DNA of 64,000 nucleotides, taken from positions 2,359,849 through 2,423,848 of the forward strand of contig CBDBLX010000002.1 of the NCBI GenBank assembly GCA_965207445.1, given 5' to 3'. Of this stretch, positions 42,459 through 52,528 are shown piece by piece. The notes under the pieces were generated by a model. That model searched no databases, was not told where the DNA came from, and was given only the letters and a program-made list of their open reading frames with translations. The stretch comes from Nitrosopumilus sp. GTDB lineage: Archaea > Thermoproteota > Nitrososphaeria > Nitrososphaerales > Nitrosopumilaceae. The position numbers and the translations under genes are program-made. Every line of letters begins with the position of its first letter. Positions within the stretch are counted from its first letter, which is position 1.

Positions 42459-43626
42459 ACGCGTATGTCCGAGCCTTTGCGCCGTAGGAGTGGTTTGTTC
42501 CCGGCGGGTTCCAACTGTCTGAAACATTTGCGCGCGTAGTGCCGTAGGCGCTCTCAGACGAGCTGTCGCTCGGTATCTTGAACTGCGCTGTGATGTAGAC
42601 GTACTGGCTGAGGGCGCCAGACGAGTGGCTCGCCCGCACGGTCCCGTCGTAGTGTATCTTGCTGCTGGCGTGTGACGAACCACCGCGGATGTCGTGCCAG
42701 TCAGTCGAGGCAGGGAACGCTCTGTTCCAGCCGATGCCGTCGTCGCTGTCTTGAAAACGACATTTCGTCTGGTCATAGTGCGTGCAGGTGCTCCTGTCTG
42801 CCCACACTACCATGTAGGCGGTGTTGAGTTTTGCCACCCTCTCCAGAGCATAGGCGGAGGGGATTATGTCGTCGTCGCCGGTGGTATCCCGATCCATGTG
42901 CTCGTGGAGGTCAGCGATCTCCTCGGTGGTCAGCTCCCGGTTCATGGCCGCGCTTGCGCGCAGGTCGTCGGCATCGCAGTCATCCCAAAAGTGCTCGCAA
43001 GAGGCGTAGAACGCCTCATCGTGCCAGTACATCCGGTCCTGCATGTGCAGGTCGTACGGGACGTACCCGAAGTTGGCTCCCACGTTGGTCGCGTCATAGA
43101 GGGCCTCCGCATAGTGCATGTTATCGGCCGTGCCTATGATGCCCAGGAGCGCCGCGTATATCTCAACGGGATCCGAGGGAGGGTCGTGCTCTGTTATGTG
43201 CCAGTCGTGTACCAGTTTCTCGTTTGCAGTCGGGTCATATTCGCCTGACAGCCTGTCCATCTGTACCAGAAGGGCTACTGCCACTCCCGTTACGTCAGGG
43301 CCGTCGTGGTCGGTATTGAACCTGACCTCAAAGTCGTGCTGCAGTACGGCGATGTCGCGTGTGAGGGCGTTCATTCCTTCGTACTCGGCCGTCCTGTACC
43401 ACTCTATCCACTCGTCGTGGGACTCGGTACCTACGGCCGGGGGCGCATAAAATGTCGTTCCGGGTTCGTCGTCGTCCGAGACCATCACGATCTCCAGAGA
43501 CTCGCTATCGTTTATGATGTCGATCTGCTGCGTCTGTGTCTCTCCATCGCCCGGCGGCCACGCCACAAAGGCTGCCACCATGACGACCGCCAGCGCTACG
43601 ACAACTGTCGTCTTGGTTCTCGTCAT
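42457..43626 (-). CDS. Secreted acidic protein with internal IIPSAYA motif; last codons (SATYN*) displaced by the IS to 40772-40794
   Basis: Signal peptide MTRTKTTVVVALAVVMVAAF; GC-rich; the frame continues across the TSD. Confidence 0.7.
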   Translation of the reverse strand: MTRTKTTVVVALAVVMVAAFVAWPPGDGETQTQQIDIINDSESLEIVMVSDDDEPGTTFYAPPAVGTESHDEWIEWYRTAEYEGMNALTRDIAVLQHDFEVRFNTDHDGPDVTGVAVALLVQMDRLSGEYDPTANEKLVHDWHITEHDPPSDPVEIYAALLGIIGTADNMHYAEALYDATNVGANFGYVPYDLHMQDRMYWHDEAFYASCEHFWDDCDADDLRASAAMNRELTTEEIADLHEHMDRDTTGDDDIIPSAYALERVAKLNTAYMVVWADRSTCTHYDQTKCRFQDSDDGIGWNRAFPASTDWHDIRGGSSHASSKIHYDGTVRASHSSGALSQYVYITAQFKIPSDSSSESAYGTTRANVSDSWNPPGTNHSYGAKARTYA

Positions 43627-43770
43627 TGTATAACCTCGTATACTGCGTTATATAGGGAGGTCTAACCGGATCCGGAGTGCCTTTGCGCAGGACGGGGTCC
43701 GGCACGGGACCGAGTCTCGACACTTCGTCAGTGGCGGCGGGTGTCAGGTACGTGGACGACCCTCAAGGCA

Positions 43771-43831
43771 TCTGCCGCACTGCATAATCAAAAATAAGAT
43801 CATTAAAAATTGAGCACATTGCAAACTATTG
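43771..43831 (+). mobile_element. Right-end remnant of the ISH3-type IS
   Basis: Matches 29438-29498. Confidence 0.75.
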
Positions 43832-44566
43832 ATGTGTGTGTTCTGCATGTTGCACAAGCACAATGGACATGCCAAACACGAGCGTCAAGAGTGTCAACGC
43901 AGTGGGAATTAAGATCATTTTATTCATAAAATGAACAGAAAAAAATAGTATATTAACCGGTGGATCAAGACAGATGAATTAAAGCCCGTCAGCCCTGATC
44001 AAATGGCACATCCACAACGTCACGAAGAATAATCGCGGCGGTCATACACACTATTGACTTCAAAGTGAGATCTTCAGGGTTTGCCCCCTCTCTGCAGCGC
44101 TCGATGGTCCACATGTTATACATGAACAGCGAGGTGTAGAACAGTAGCGGGCTAGTCAGTCAAGGGCTAGTCAAATCAAAAGGATATAAGCTCAGGTTAA
44201 ATCGCTAGGCAAGGTTGGGACTTAACGCGTGCTTGCAATGCATGTGCAATACTACGACGCTGATCACGCCGCTTTTCAACTTTTTCATGTCCTCGGGGGA
44301 CTTTTCTGAAATTGCCATTGGACAACAGGCTGCAGATACAATAAAATGGGCATTCGCATGTGAGCGCGCCACGAGTCGGCCACTTTACAAACAAAAGGAG
44401 AAAACCAAAGGACTAATACCGCAAACGCCGACCATTTTGTTTTATGTCAGCCGTTTGGTTCCCAAAGGCGCGTTACAAAAGAACAAGGGTGTTAGTATAC
44501 GCGGTAGATGCAATCGCAAGTGTTTTTGCAGCCTCACAAAAAAAATCAGGGCCAGTATCCTCAAGG

Positions 44567-44908
44567 TCATGATCTTTGGATGCAGGCTATGCGCTCGTCG
44601 GCAATCTGAAATGCCAGTTTTTCCAGCGTCTTGGCCCGCTCTGAGTTTGGATTCAATCTGTACATTATGGCCCTGCCCACGTTTCGCGTCCTGAGCAAGA
44701 TGCCATCATCCTCCATGCTGTGAACTATACGCAGCACGGTCTTTACCCCGACGCCTGATGCGTTTGCAATGTCGGTAATAGAGTAATCAAATGCCTTCAT
44801 TATTATCATATGATCCAGCACGCGCGATTCTGAGCACGGAAGGACGCTTGCAAGCGGCCCCGAATCTTCCAACTGCTGCCCAGATACCCGTGTCGTGCCA
44901 CCCTTCAT
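44567..44908 (-). CDS. Winged-helix transcriptional regulator
   Basis: YSITDIANASGVGVKTV...RNVGRAIMYRLN. Confidence 0.75.
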   Translation of the reverse strand: MKGGTTRVSGQQLEDSGPLASVLPCSESRVLDHMIIMKAFDYSITDIANASGVGVKTVLRIVHSMEDDGILLRTRNVGRAIMYRLNPNSERAKTLEKLAFQIADERIACIQRS

Positions 44909-44995
44909 ATATCATGATATGCAGTATATAATATAAAACTACACATCATATGGTAAAAAAATACCATATATACACAACCCCTAGATATAGAACAC

Positions 44996-45208
44996 ATGAA
45001 CAACGTAGTTGAAATCACGGTATTGTGGAAGATGTACACATACAGGTATGTGGGCAAAAAATACACGTCGTTGGACAACTTGCAAAAAGGATTCCCAATG
45101 CACGAGCGCGGCAACGTAACCAAAGCCGTAAAAAAACTGATTAAAAAGAACTACATAGTCATAAAATTATTCACAATGGATTATTTATGGATTCAATTGC
45201 CGGATTAA
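44996..45208 (+). pseudogene. Small wHTH-like protein truncated by an ISH3 remnant
   Basis: Its C-terminus (KLFTMD) derives from the IS remnant. Confidence 0.5.
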
Positions 45209-45323
45209 TCAGAAGACTGCTTCGATGGGAATTGGAGCACGGTGATTCCTTGCCATTGTAAATCTGCCGCACTGCATAATCAAAAATAAGATCATTAAAA
45301 ATTGAGCACATTGCGAACTACTG
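45163..45323 (+). mobile_element. Right-end remnant of the ISH3-type IS
   Basis: Matches 29338-29498 including the TIR. Confidence 0.8.
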
Positions 45324-45496
45324 ATGTATATTCAAAAACGAAACGCACTATAGATAGATTTCAGTCTTCTGCAGATTAAATGTGCAATAAACCGAATAAG
45401 TTCACAGAAAGGTCACAGGCAGTCCTAATGTCAATTACGCACCAACCTCTCTCGCTCTATATTTCTTATATAACAGTCGGAACATGAGTTGAAGTA

Positions 45497-45985
45497 ATGC
45501 CCACGAAGGTCTATTTAGACACGTATGTGCTGCGCGGACTTGTTTCTAGTAAGAAGCCAGAGAGATCAGAGGCGCTGGGCGAGATCTCAAAGCTGGCAAA
45601 CGCTTCGTTTGAAACTGTAATGCCCCAGATCGTTTTAGGAGAAGCACTTGCCACAATCATAAGAGACTATTCAGATCCCAACGACGCCCATGCTACCATA
45701 AAACACCTTTATGATAAAATAATGCAAATACATGTACCCGATCGCGGCTTTCCTGTAATAACGATGAAAATCCTCGGAGAGGCAAAACTACTCAAGGACC
45801 GTGACGAACACCTTAGTGATACGGATGCAATAATAGTGGCACAATCCCTGCTGGATCCCGATTCACAAAGGCTGCTTACCGCAGACAGGAAGATGCTTGA
45901 CTCAGATGTGATCGTAGACGAAGAGAAGCACCTTAGGGATTCGGGCAGCCGTAGGGTACAGCTTAGGATCGTAGACGGATTATGA
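45497..45985 (+). CDS. PIN-domain (VapC-like) ribonuclease
   Basis: VYLDTY, VLGE, LSDTDAIIVA and LLTAD motifs. Confidence 0.8.
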   Translation: MPTKVYLDTYVLRGLVSSKKPERSEALGEISKLANASFETVMPQIVLGEALATIIRDYSDPNDAHATIKHLYDKIMQIHVPDRGFPVITMKILGEAKLLKDRDEHLSDTDAIIVAQSLLDPDSQRLLTADRKMLDSDVIVDEEKHLRDSGSRRVQLRIVDGL

Positions 45986-46456
45986 GTCGATCATTCCATG
46001 TGCCTTGAGATCGGACAGAACGCCCCGGATGTAATCTCTCGAATAGTTGCACTTGATGCGCTCTACGTGACGTACGAGTCCCTCGTCGCCCCGGAATCTT
46101 GGATTCTGATCTATCAGTGTGGATGCCACCTCCAGCCAGCTTGAATCCCTGCCGCGCACCAGCCGCAGAAACCGCTTCTGTTCAAGTTCGCCTGCTAGCT
46201 GCTGTCTGGATTCGGTCGCAATCTTGGCCGGATCCTCGGCCAGTGCATAATAGTCATCTGCAAGCGAGGGGGAATATGGGCCGTATCGGTACAACGAATA
46301 ATTGTATCCGTGTTTCAACCCAAGATTTCCTGCCAAGTAGGTGTATTTTTGAATCCTCAGGCGGGTATCAAAGTCCAGGCCCTCGACGGTGACTTTCTCA
46401 AGGCCAAGTAATCCACGTTCTCCCAGAAATCTTATGAAGGAACCAAGCATTTCCAT
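45980..46456 (-). CDS. YwgA/DUF4065-like protein (antitoxin-like)
   Basis: RLRIQKYTYL...YSLYRYGPYSPSL...LEVASTL. Confidence 0.65.
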   Translation of the reverse strand: MEMLGSFIRFLGERGLLGLEKVTVEGLDFDTRLRIQKYTYLAGNLGLKHGYNYSLYRYGPYSPSLADDYYALAEDPAKIATESRQQLAGELEQKRFLRLVRGRDSSWLEVASTLIDQNPRFRGDEGLVRHVERIKCNYSRDYIRGVLSDLKAHGMIDS

Positions 46457-46806
46457 TAGGTATCATCAATACGCGTCAAATAATAAAAGTTATTTCTATT
46501 ATTCTTCCCAAATGACGTAAGCCAAGTCAAACCAATCACAAATTGCCCTGCGGCAAGGCCCGTCCGCTGTGTCACCTCTTTGATACAGGGTGGACGCGGC
46601 GTGACGTACGGGCGCTTGGACGCGCCCATACTTGCACTATATACATGACATCACAGAAGATGAATCTTGGGACATCTTTGCCTCTGGAATGAGGTTGGTG
46701 CGTAATTCGTAAAAAAATGTATGTAAGTTAATTATAGACAGCATGTCCATCTCGCAAACAATATCTCTTAAAATATTGCAACTATACATAATGATATATT
46801 ATAATA

Positions 46807-47805
46807 ATGTGCAGTGTTATATTATTTACAGTAATATCACAAATATTGTCAGAAAATAAAATACAGAGACTGGATCGTTACAAGGGATGTATGATTGGGC
46901 TCGCCACAGGTGATGCTTTGGGCGTAACTTTAGAGTTTAAAGATCCGGGCTCATTTGAGCCAATAAAGGATATCAAAGGTGGAGGTCCACACGGATTAAA
47001 ACCAGGACAATGGACAGATGACACATCCATGTCCTTGTGTTTAGCCACAAGCTTGGTCGAAAAGAACAAATTTGATCCTATTGATCAACTTGAACGATAT
47101 GTTCAATGGTACAAAAATGGATACATGAGTTGTACAGGAATGTGTTTTGACATTGGAGGTACAACGAAACAGGCGCTAGAAAAGTTTCAAGTGACACAAG
47201 AGCCATGCTGTGGTCCCACCGAATATGAAAAATCAGGAAACGGTTCCATAATGAGACTCGCACCCGTACCACTCTTCTTTGCAAATGATCCTATAACTGC
47301 AACAAACATGTCAGGTACAAGTTCACGTACAACACATGGAAGTATACAAGCAATTGATGCGTGCAGATATCTTGGTTCCATAATATCTGGAATCATATTA
47401 AATAAAACAAAAGAAGAAATCCTGTCACAAGAATACGAGCCCGCACCAAATTATTGGAAAGACAATCCACTTGTAAACCAAATTGATGAGATTAAAAGTG
47501 GATCATTTAAAAGATTGGAGCCACCAGAGATCAAGGGAAGTAGGTTTGTAGTAGAATCTTTAGAGGCAGCACTCTGGGCGTTTTACAAAAGTACGTCATT
47601 TCAGGAGGGGTGTCTGCTAGCAGTAAACTTGGGTTGTGATGCAGATACAACAGGTGCCGTATATGGCCAAATAGCAGGAGCATATTATGGCATAAATGAA
47701 ATACCTAAAACATGGTTAAACAAGATAGCACATATTAATATAATTGAATCGTTGGCAGAAAAAATATGTATCTTGGCGACGCATCATACATCTAATCAAC
47801 CTTGA
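46807..47805 (+). CDS. ADP-ribosylglycohydrolase (DraG/ARH family)
   Basis: GDALG, WTDDT, GNGSIMR, TTH and GCDADT motifs. Confidence 0.9.
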   Translation: MCSVILFTVISQILSENKIQRLDRYKGCMIGLATGDALGVTLEFKDPGSFEPIKDIKGGGPHGLKPGQWTDDTSMSLCLATSLVEKNKFDPIDQLERYVQWYKNGYMSCTGMCFDIGGTTKQALEKFQVTQEPCCGPTEYEKSGNGSIMRLAPVPLFFANDPITATNMSGTSSRTTHGSIQAIDACRYLGSIISGIILNKTKEEILSQEYEPAPNYWKDNPLVNQIDEIKSGSFKRLEPPEIKGSRFVVESLEAALWAFYKSTSFQEGCLLAVNLGCDADTTGAVYGQIAGAYYGINEIPKTWLNKIAHINIIESLAEKICILATHHTSNQP

Positions 47806-47917
47806 GAATACTAGAGATGATTTGAAAACAACACCATTATATAATCATTATATAATTATTAGATAAAAAGTACGCCCATTAATGAGTTAAATCTTTTAAT
47901 TTAACAAGTATCTTTAA

Positions 47918-49300
47918 TCACACATCATCCAAATAGTTTTCCAATCGAAATTTTTCAACTTTTGGAATCTTTGCAATCTCAAAGCCCTCAAGGCGTTTTG
48001 ATTCTGGCCGTGTAGCATCAACACCCATCTTTGCAGTCTTTAAGTTTTTTTGATCACTTGAGGGATCCAAACTAGAACCACGAACATTCTTAATTATAAC
48101 CAAATTTCGATCAGCTTGGAATCTTGTCGCCATTGCATACTCAACTGCTTCGGCACTATTGGGATCAATGTCCGTATCCACAACTATAACTTGCTTGAGA
48201 GAACGGTGAGATTCAAATGTCTTTTTGATTATATTTTGTGGATCAGTAGAGTGTCTTTTATCTATCTGAACAACAGCATGTAACCAGTTACAACCACCGT
48301 TTGTCATAGAAACTTTACGTACTTGTGGAAACACTGCTTTTAGCTCACCGTTGAGTTTTGATTCAATAGGCATTCCCATCAAGAGTCGATGCTCTGCATA
48401 CCCAGACAACACATCATGAAATAATGGAGAGTCACGGTAATAGAGATTTTCTAGTTCAAATACAGGTTGTTCACGTTTATGATCGTATGTCTGCAACATC
48501 TCAACCATCCACTCAGGATGTACAACATCTTGCAATATACGACCCTCAAGCACTATTTCAGTCTTTGATGGAATGTATAGTCCAGACCACCCTAGTTTCG
48601 CTAGTGTTAATTTCCCTCTTAGAATTGAGTTTGCAATATCCATCTCACTTTTCCCCCACTCTGCCTGATAGGCACCTGCAATCGATATTGCAGGATGAAC
48701 ACCGATTGTGATGGCCACCTTGAGATCTTCTTTACATTTTTTTGCAACCTCAAAGCACCGGTGTAAATGACGTCCCTCAACCATACGAACAGAACACTGC
48801 GTCTTACTTTTTGGAAGGGGCATAAGTCTATGAAATGACGAGTTTTGCTCACCTGTCTCAGGATTAATTGTATGTATAATAGAGGATGTAACAAATGGTC
48901 CCGATTCTTTTTCAAAATGTGTCACTATTGGAAGCTTTGATATGTCACGAGAGTGATTCGCCTCAAAGGCACCTGCCTGACGTGACACTTTTGGCTTTTT
49001 TGCCCTTGTAATTGCAGATAACATTCTGTTATGAATGTCATTTTCTGACTTTGCACCGATTGCTAGTGCAAACCTAGACCTAGTCCCAACTAGATTTGAT
49101 ATTACACGAAAGTCACCTTTTTTGACAATTTGCTCAAACAGTATTGCAGAACCATTGTCATTAGCCCATGCTGTAACGCCTGCAATCTCAAATTTAGTAG
49201 ACACGGGTTTTGTAATTGTGTGTAGTTCACCACGATTGCACAAGGCATCAATATACCCACGCAGGTCATCAATGATCGTCGTCTGTGTCTTTTTTGTCAT
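47918..49300 (-). CDS. UbiD-family decarboxylase
   Basis: EIVLEG, VVDTDID, MATRFQADR, SSLDPS and KMGVDAT motifs. Confidence 0.9.
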   Translation of the reverse strand: MTKKTQTTIIDDLRGYIDALCNRGELHTITKPVSTKFEIAGVTAWANDNGSAILFEQIVKKGDFRVISNLVGTRSRFALAIGAKSENDIHNRMLSAITRAKKPKVSRQAGAFEANHSRDISKLPIVTHFEKESGPFVTSSIIHTINPETGEQNSSFHRLMPLPKSKTQCSVRMVEGRHLHRCFEVAKKCKEDLKVAITIGVHPAISIAGAYQAEWGKSEMDIANSILRGKLTLAKLGWSGLYIPSKTEIVLEGRILQDVVHPEWMVEMLQTYDHKREQPVFELENLYYRDSPLFHDVLSGYAEHRLLMGMPIESKLNGELKAVFPQVRKVSMTNGGCNWLHAVVQIDKRHSTDPQNIIKKTFESHRSLKQVIVVDTDIDPNSAEAVEYAMATRFQADRNLVIIKNVRGSSLDPSSDQKNLKTAKMGVDATRPESKRLEGFEIAKIPKVEKFRLENYLDDV

Positions 49301-49658
49301 ATGTTATCATCTCCACTATTGCATCAAGTAAAACCTTTGACATTGGCATGTCTATCTCATTTTTTATATATATTGAAACTATCGCGATCCCACTTATACG
49401 TGTGCTAACTTGTTCAGCAGTCATTCTCATAAAAAATAAAGAGTTCTGATTAACAGGAGAAATGATCGTCGTAGTGATCGGTGGAGCTCCTGACTGAGAT
49501 ATCATAGAGACTATTAAAGATCCAATCTTAGCTTCTCCCTCATATATGGAAACAAACATTCCATTGCCAAATCTCTGTATGCGAATGAAAAAATACCGCC
49601 CACCGACACTCAATTCTTTGTGCAAAAACACACCATTACCGCCATCTAGACTATCCAT
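49269..49658 (-). CDS. Hypothetical protein (possibly proteasome assembly chaperone 4-like)
   Basis: 129-aa ORF overlapping the start of the UbiD gene. Confidence 0.55.
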   Translation of the reverse strand: MDSLDGGNGVFLHKELSVGGRYFFIRIQRFGNGMFVSIYEGEAKIGSLIVSMISQSGAPPITTTIISPVNQNSLFFMRMTAEQVSTRISGIAIVSIYIKNEIDMPMSKVLLDAIVEMITYDKKDTDDDH

Positions 49659-49769
49659 TGGTAACTGCTATTCATACAGCTATTTATTATCAACAGGTAC
49701 ACTAGACACTTTATAGTTCATTGTATGTTATAATGGACATGTAAATATTTTGCCACGGTATACATACGA

Positions 49770-50567
49770 TTATTCGTCATTTTTTGTCTCTTTGGGTACA
49801 GTGGCTTTTGTAGTCTTGCTAGCTGTGGTCTTTTTTGGTGCTTTTTTCTCTTTGGTATCTCCAGTTTTGGTAGCTGTCTTTTTTGTAGTGGTTTTTGCAG
49901 TCTTGCTAGCTGTGGTCTTTTTTGGTGCTTTTTTCTCTTTGGTATCTCCAGTTTTGGTAGCTGTCTTTTTTGTAGTGGTTTTTGCAGTCTTGCTAGCTGT
50001 GGTCTTTTTTGGTGCTTTTTTCTCTTTGGTATCTCCAGTTTTGGTAGCTGTCTTTTTTGTAGTGGTTTTTGCAGTCTTGCTAGCTGTGGTCTTTTTTGGT
50101 GCTTTTTTCTCTTTGGTATCTCCAGTTTTGGTAGCTGTCTTTTTTGTAGTGGTTTTTGCAGTCTTGCTAGCTGTGGTCTTTTTTGGTGCTTTTTTCTCTT
50201 TGGTATCTCCAGTTTTGGTAGCTGTCTTTTTTGTAGTGGTTTTTGCAGTCTTGCTAGCTGTGGTCTTTTTTGTAGTAGATTTTGCAGTCTTGCTAGCTGT
50301 CTTTTTAGCTTCAGCAGCCAGTGCTCGTGCCTCTGCATTACTTGCTTCAACACGTGCACGTAGTTTTGCCTTGTACTTGAGATTCCTAGGTTTAGTACGC
50401 AATCTGTAACCACAGCATGGGCACCATAACCCTTCCCATTTTATAAATATCTCACATATCTGACATCGGCGTTGACCAGAGGCGTATCTGCCAATCCCCA
50501 CGGGCTTTTGAGCCTTGTATCGTGTGCAAATTCCCTTACAAGTCATGTTAGTGTTATCATTAAACAT
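49770..50567 (-). CDS. Zn-ribbon protein with a long Lys/Thr-rich repeat tail
   Basis: CKGIC...CQIC...CPCCG, then 29-aa repeats. Confidence 0.8.
   Translation of the reverse strand: MFNDNTNMTCKGICTRYKAQKPVGIGRYASGQRRCQICEIFIKWEGLWCPCCGYRLRTKPRNLKYKAKLRARVEASNAEARALAAEAKKTASKTAKSTTKKTTASKTAKTTTKKTATKTGDTKEKKAPKKTTASKTAKTTTKKTATKTGDTKEKKAPKKTTASKTAKTTTKKTATKTGDTKEKKAPKKTTASKTAKTTTKKTATKTGDTKEKKAPKKTTASKTAKTTTKKTATKTGDTKEKKAPKKTTASKTTKATVPKETKNDE
49813..50247. repeat. 87-bp perfect tandem repeat, 5 copies plus a partial copy
   Basis: Unit starts at 49813, 49900, 49987, 50074, 50161 and 50248. Confidence 0.95.
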
Positions 50568-50891
50568 GTAGGGTATTTAAATATAAAGACAAAAAATACT
50601 TAAAAAAAGTAATATCATTTAAAAGATATTTAAATTTAAACCAACTTTTATTGAAAAAATAACAAAAAAACATCAAAACCTTAATAAATATCCATACTTT
50701 TTTTTAGATGTGAATTTTATAAATCGAATTTATTTACAATTCATTACTATAATTCCTGTAACACCAAACAAGTATACATTTTTCAAGATTGTATAAAATA
50801 ATGACGCGGTATTTTTCTACATCATAATGATCAGGTGCTTTACTATATAATCATCTCTAACAACAACATTAAAATTTTTAATGTACATTTT

Positions 50892-51605
50892 TTAACCTGT
50901 CAATGAAAGTGGCATAATCTCACGGTGACGTCCATCTCTGCGCGATATGTATCTTGCAGAGAGAATGTCACGTCTACTACGACAGTTAAAGTTCTTAATT
51001 TTGAGACTAGTTCTACTTTCATCTACAAGCTCCAACTCAAAAGGAGAGTAGAACCGCAAATGCAATGAATTTATTATCTTATTTGCTGTACGCATATCAC
51101 CATCACCAATCTTTACTAGTTTACGTTTGACAGACAAATTACCAAGAATGCTAATTATTTTAGATACCAGACTATCAACTGACGTGTGTATGGATGACTC
51201 TATCTCTTGACCACAATACACGACAGACAAACCGTTGCGCTGGCCTGGATCAATACCAACAACAAGACTGTCAGTTGATTTATAATATATATGATCAATT
51301 TTTTGTAACATCAAGCCGTATACAGCAGCGGCAGGACAATCTATTACATCTTCAAAAAATATTGCAGGTATATTAGAGTGAGATTCAAAGTATTCGGATT
51401 TAGTAGTAAGAACAACATGGCCAGTATATGTATCTATATCATCAGGTATAAGAGAGTCAAAATGCATGTCAATACGTCGTAATAAAGTTAAAAAATAATA
51501 GTATGGTTTACCATAACAAGTTGCAATTGCAATACGATAATTTTTTGGAAGCGGGGAATTTCTTGTGAAATGAGTAAACATTAGAGAATTTCCTCTACAG
51601 ATCAC
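50892..51605 (-). CDS. Hypothetical protein with a YqgF/RNase H-like domain
   Basis: VVGIDPG...VDESRTS...RDILSA. Confidence 0.65.
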   Translation of the reverse strand: MICRGNSLMFTHFTRNSPLPKNYRIAIATCYGKPYYYFLTLLRRIDMHFDSLIPDDIDTYTGHVVLTTKSEYFESHSNIPAIFFEDVIDCPAAAVYGLMLQKIDHIYYKSTDSLVVGIDPGQRNGLSVVYCGQEIESSIHTSVDSLVSKIISILGNLSVKRKLVKIGDGDMRTANKIINSLHLRFYSPFELELVDESRTSLKIKNFNCRSRRDILSARYISRRDGRHREIMPLSLTG

Positions 51606-51958
51606 GGCTGCAATATTGTTAAGACTACATTCTCAACTGCACTATCAAAATTAGCATCTACAGATGATTTGATCTTAGATATCTTGACTTTGCCATCTTC
51701 GATTATCTCTTTAGATTCAGCCTCAGCTTTAATCTTCGATTCGTTGATTATAATCTCAGCTTCACTAGTTGCCATCTGACGCGTCTTTTCACTCAAAGAG
51801 TCTATCTGTGATTGTGTATTTATTGCAAGTTGTTTTTTTACATCACCTACTTTGGCATTCAAAGAATCGAGATCATCTTCTAATACATTTAATGATTTGA
51901 CAATTTCGGTAACCTTGGATTCGGACACCATAGTTGAAGAACGACTACCCATTGGCAT
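51602..51958 (-). CDS. Coiled-coil protein, A/V-ATPase subunit H/G-like
   Basis: Helical EAE-rich pattern. Confidence 0.55.
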   Translation of the reverse strand: MPMGSRSSTMVSESKVTEIVKSLNVLEDDLDSLNAKVGDVKKQLAINTQSQIDSLSEKTRQMATSEAEIIINESKIKAEAESKEIIEDGKVKISKIKSSVDANFDSAVENVVLTILQP

Positions 51959-52183
51959 GATTTCAAGCGGCTATTACTTAAACCTTCATTCAAATGCAAG
52001 ATCAAACAATAAACACAGATCATAACAAATAATATTAGTATAATATATAAATATATAATTAATATAATATATGAATATTTTACATTACAATAATGATATA
52101 CCATATATTAACATAATTACATATTAAAAACAAACATGGAATTAACAAAAAATGCATGTCATGTATAACAAGGTCAATTATAA

Positions 52184-52528
52184 TTATCCGCCCAATAATA
52201 GTATGGCCTTTACTAAATCACCATCTGTTTCTGCCAATGCATTTTTTGCTTTTTCGTCATCAACACCAGTCTGCTCACAGATTAATGCAATATCTTCATC
52301 AGAGAATACAGGAACCTCCAGTTCTCGTTCTGAATATTCATCAGCCGAGACAATAAATACTGTAGAGTCTTTGTTTTCCATTTTCGATATACTAGGCTTT
52401 TCAATTATAATTTCTTTTTTGTCTGTTTTGATGATCGCCTCTTGTACATTTTTGAGTTCATCCATATCAAACCCCATCTTGTCCATCATGCGGCGTGCAT
52501 CACGGTTTCCTCTTCCACCTCGCATCAT
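52184..52528 (-). CDS. nac: Nascent polypeptide-associated complex protein
   Basis: RRMMDKMG; C-terminal UBA-like EDIALICEQTGV...GDLVKAIL. Confidence 0.9.
   Translation of the reverse strand: MMRGGRGNRDARRMMDKMGFDMDELKNVQEAIIKTDKKEIIIEKPSISKMENKDSTVFIVSADEYSERELEVPVFSDEDIALICEQTGVDDEKAKNALAETDGDLVKAILLLGG

Noticed and set aside
44400..47900. A distal att copy closing the island
   Set aside because: I found no match to the 22-bp core by eye; the right boundary is inferred only from the return of core genes.
49813..50290. 87-bp repeats as a CRISPR array, and the overlapping ORFs 49718-50413(-) and 49750-50409(+)
   Set aside because: There are no spacers and the repeat is in-frame coding sequence; the alternative ORFs are shadows of it.
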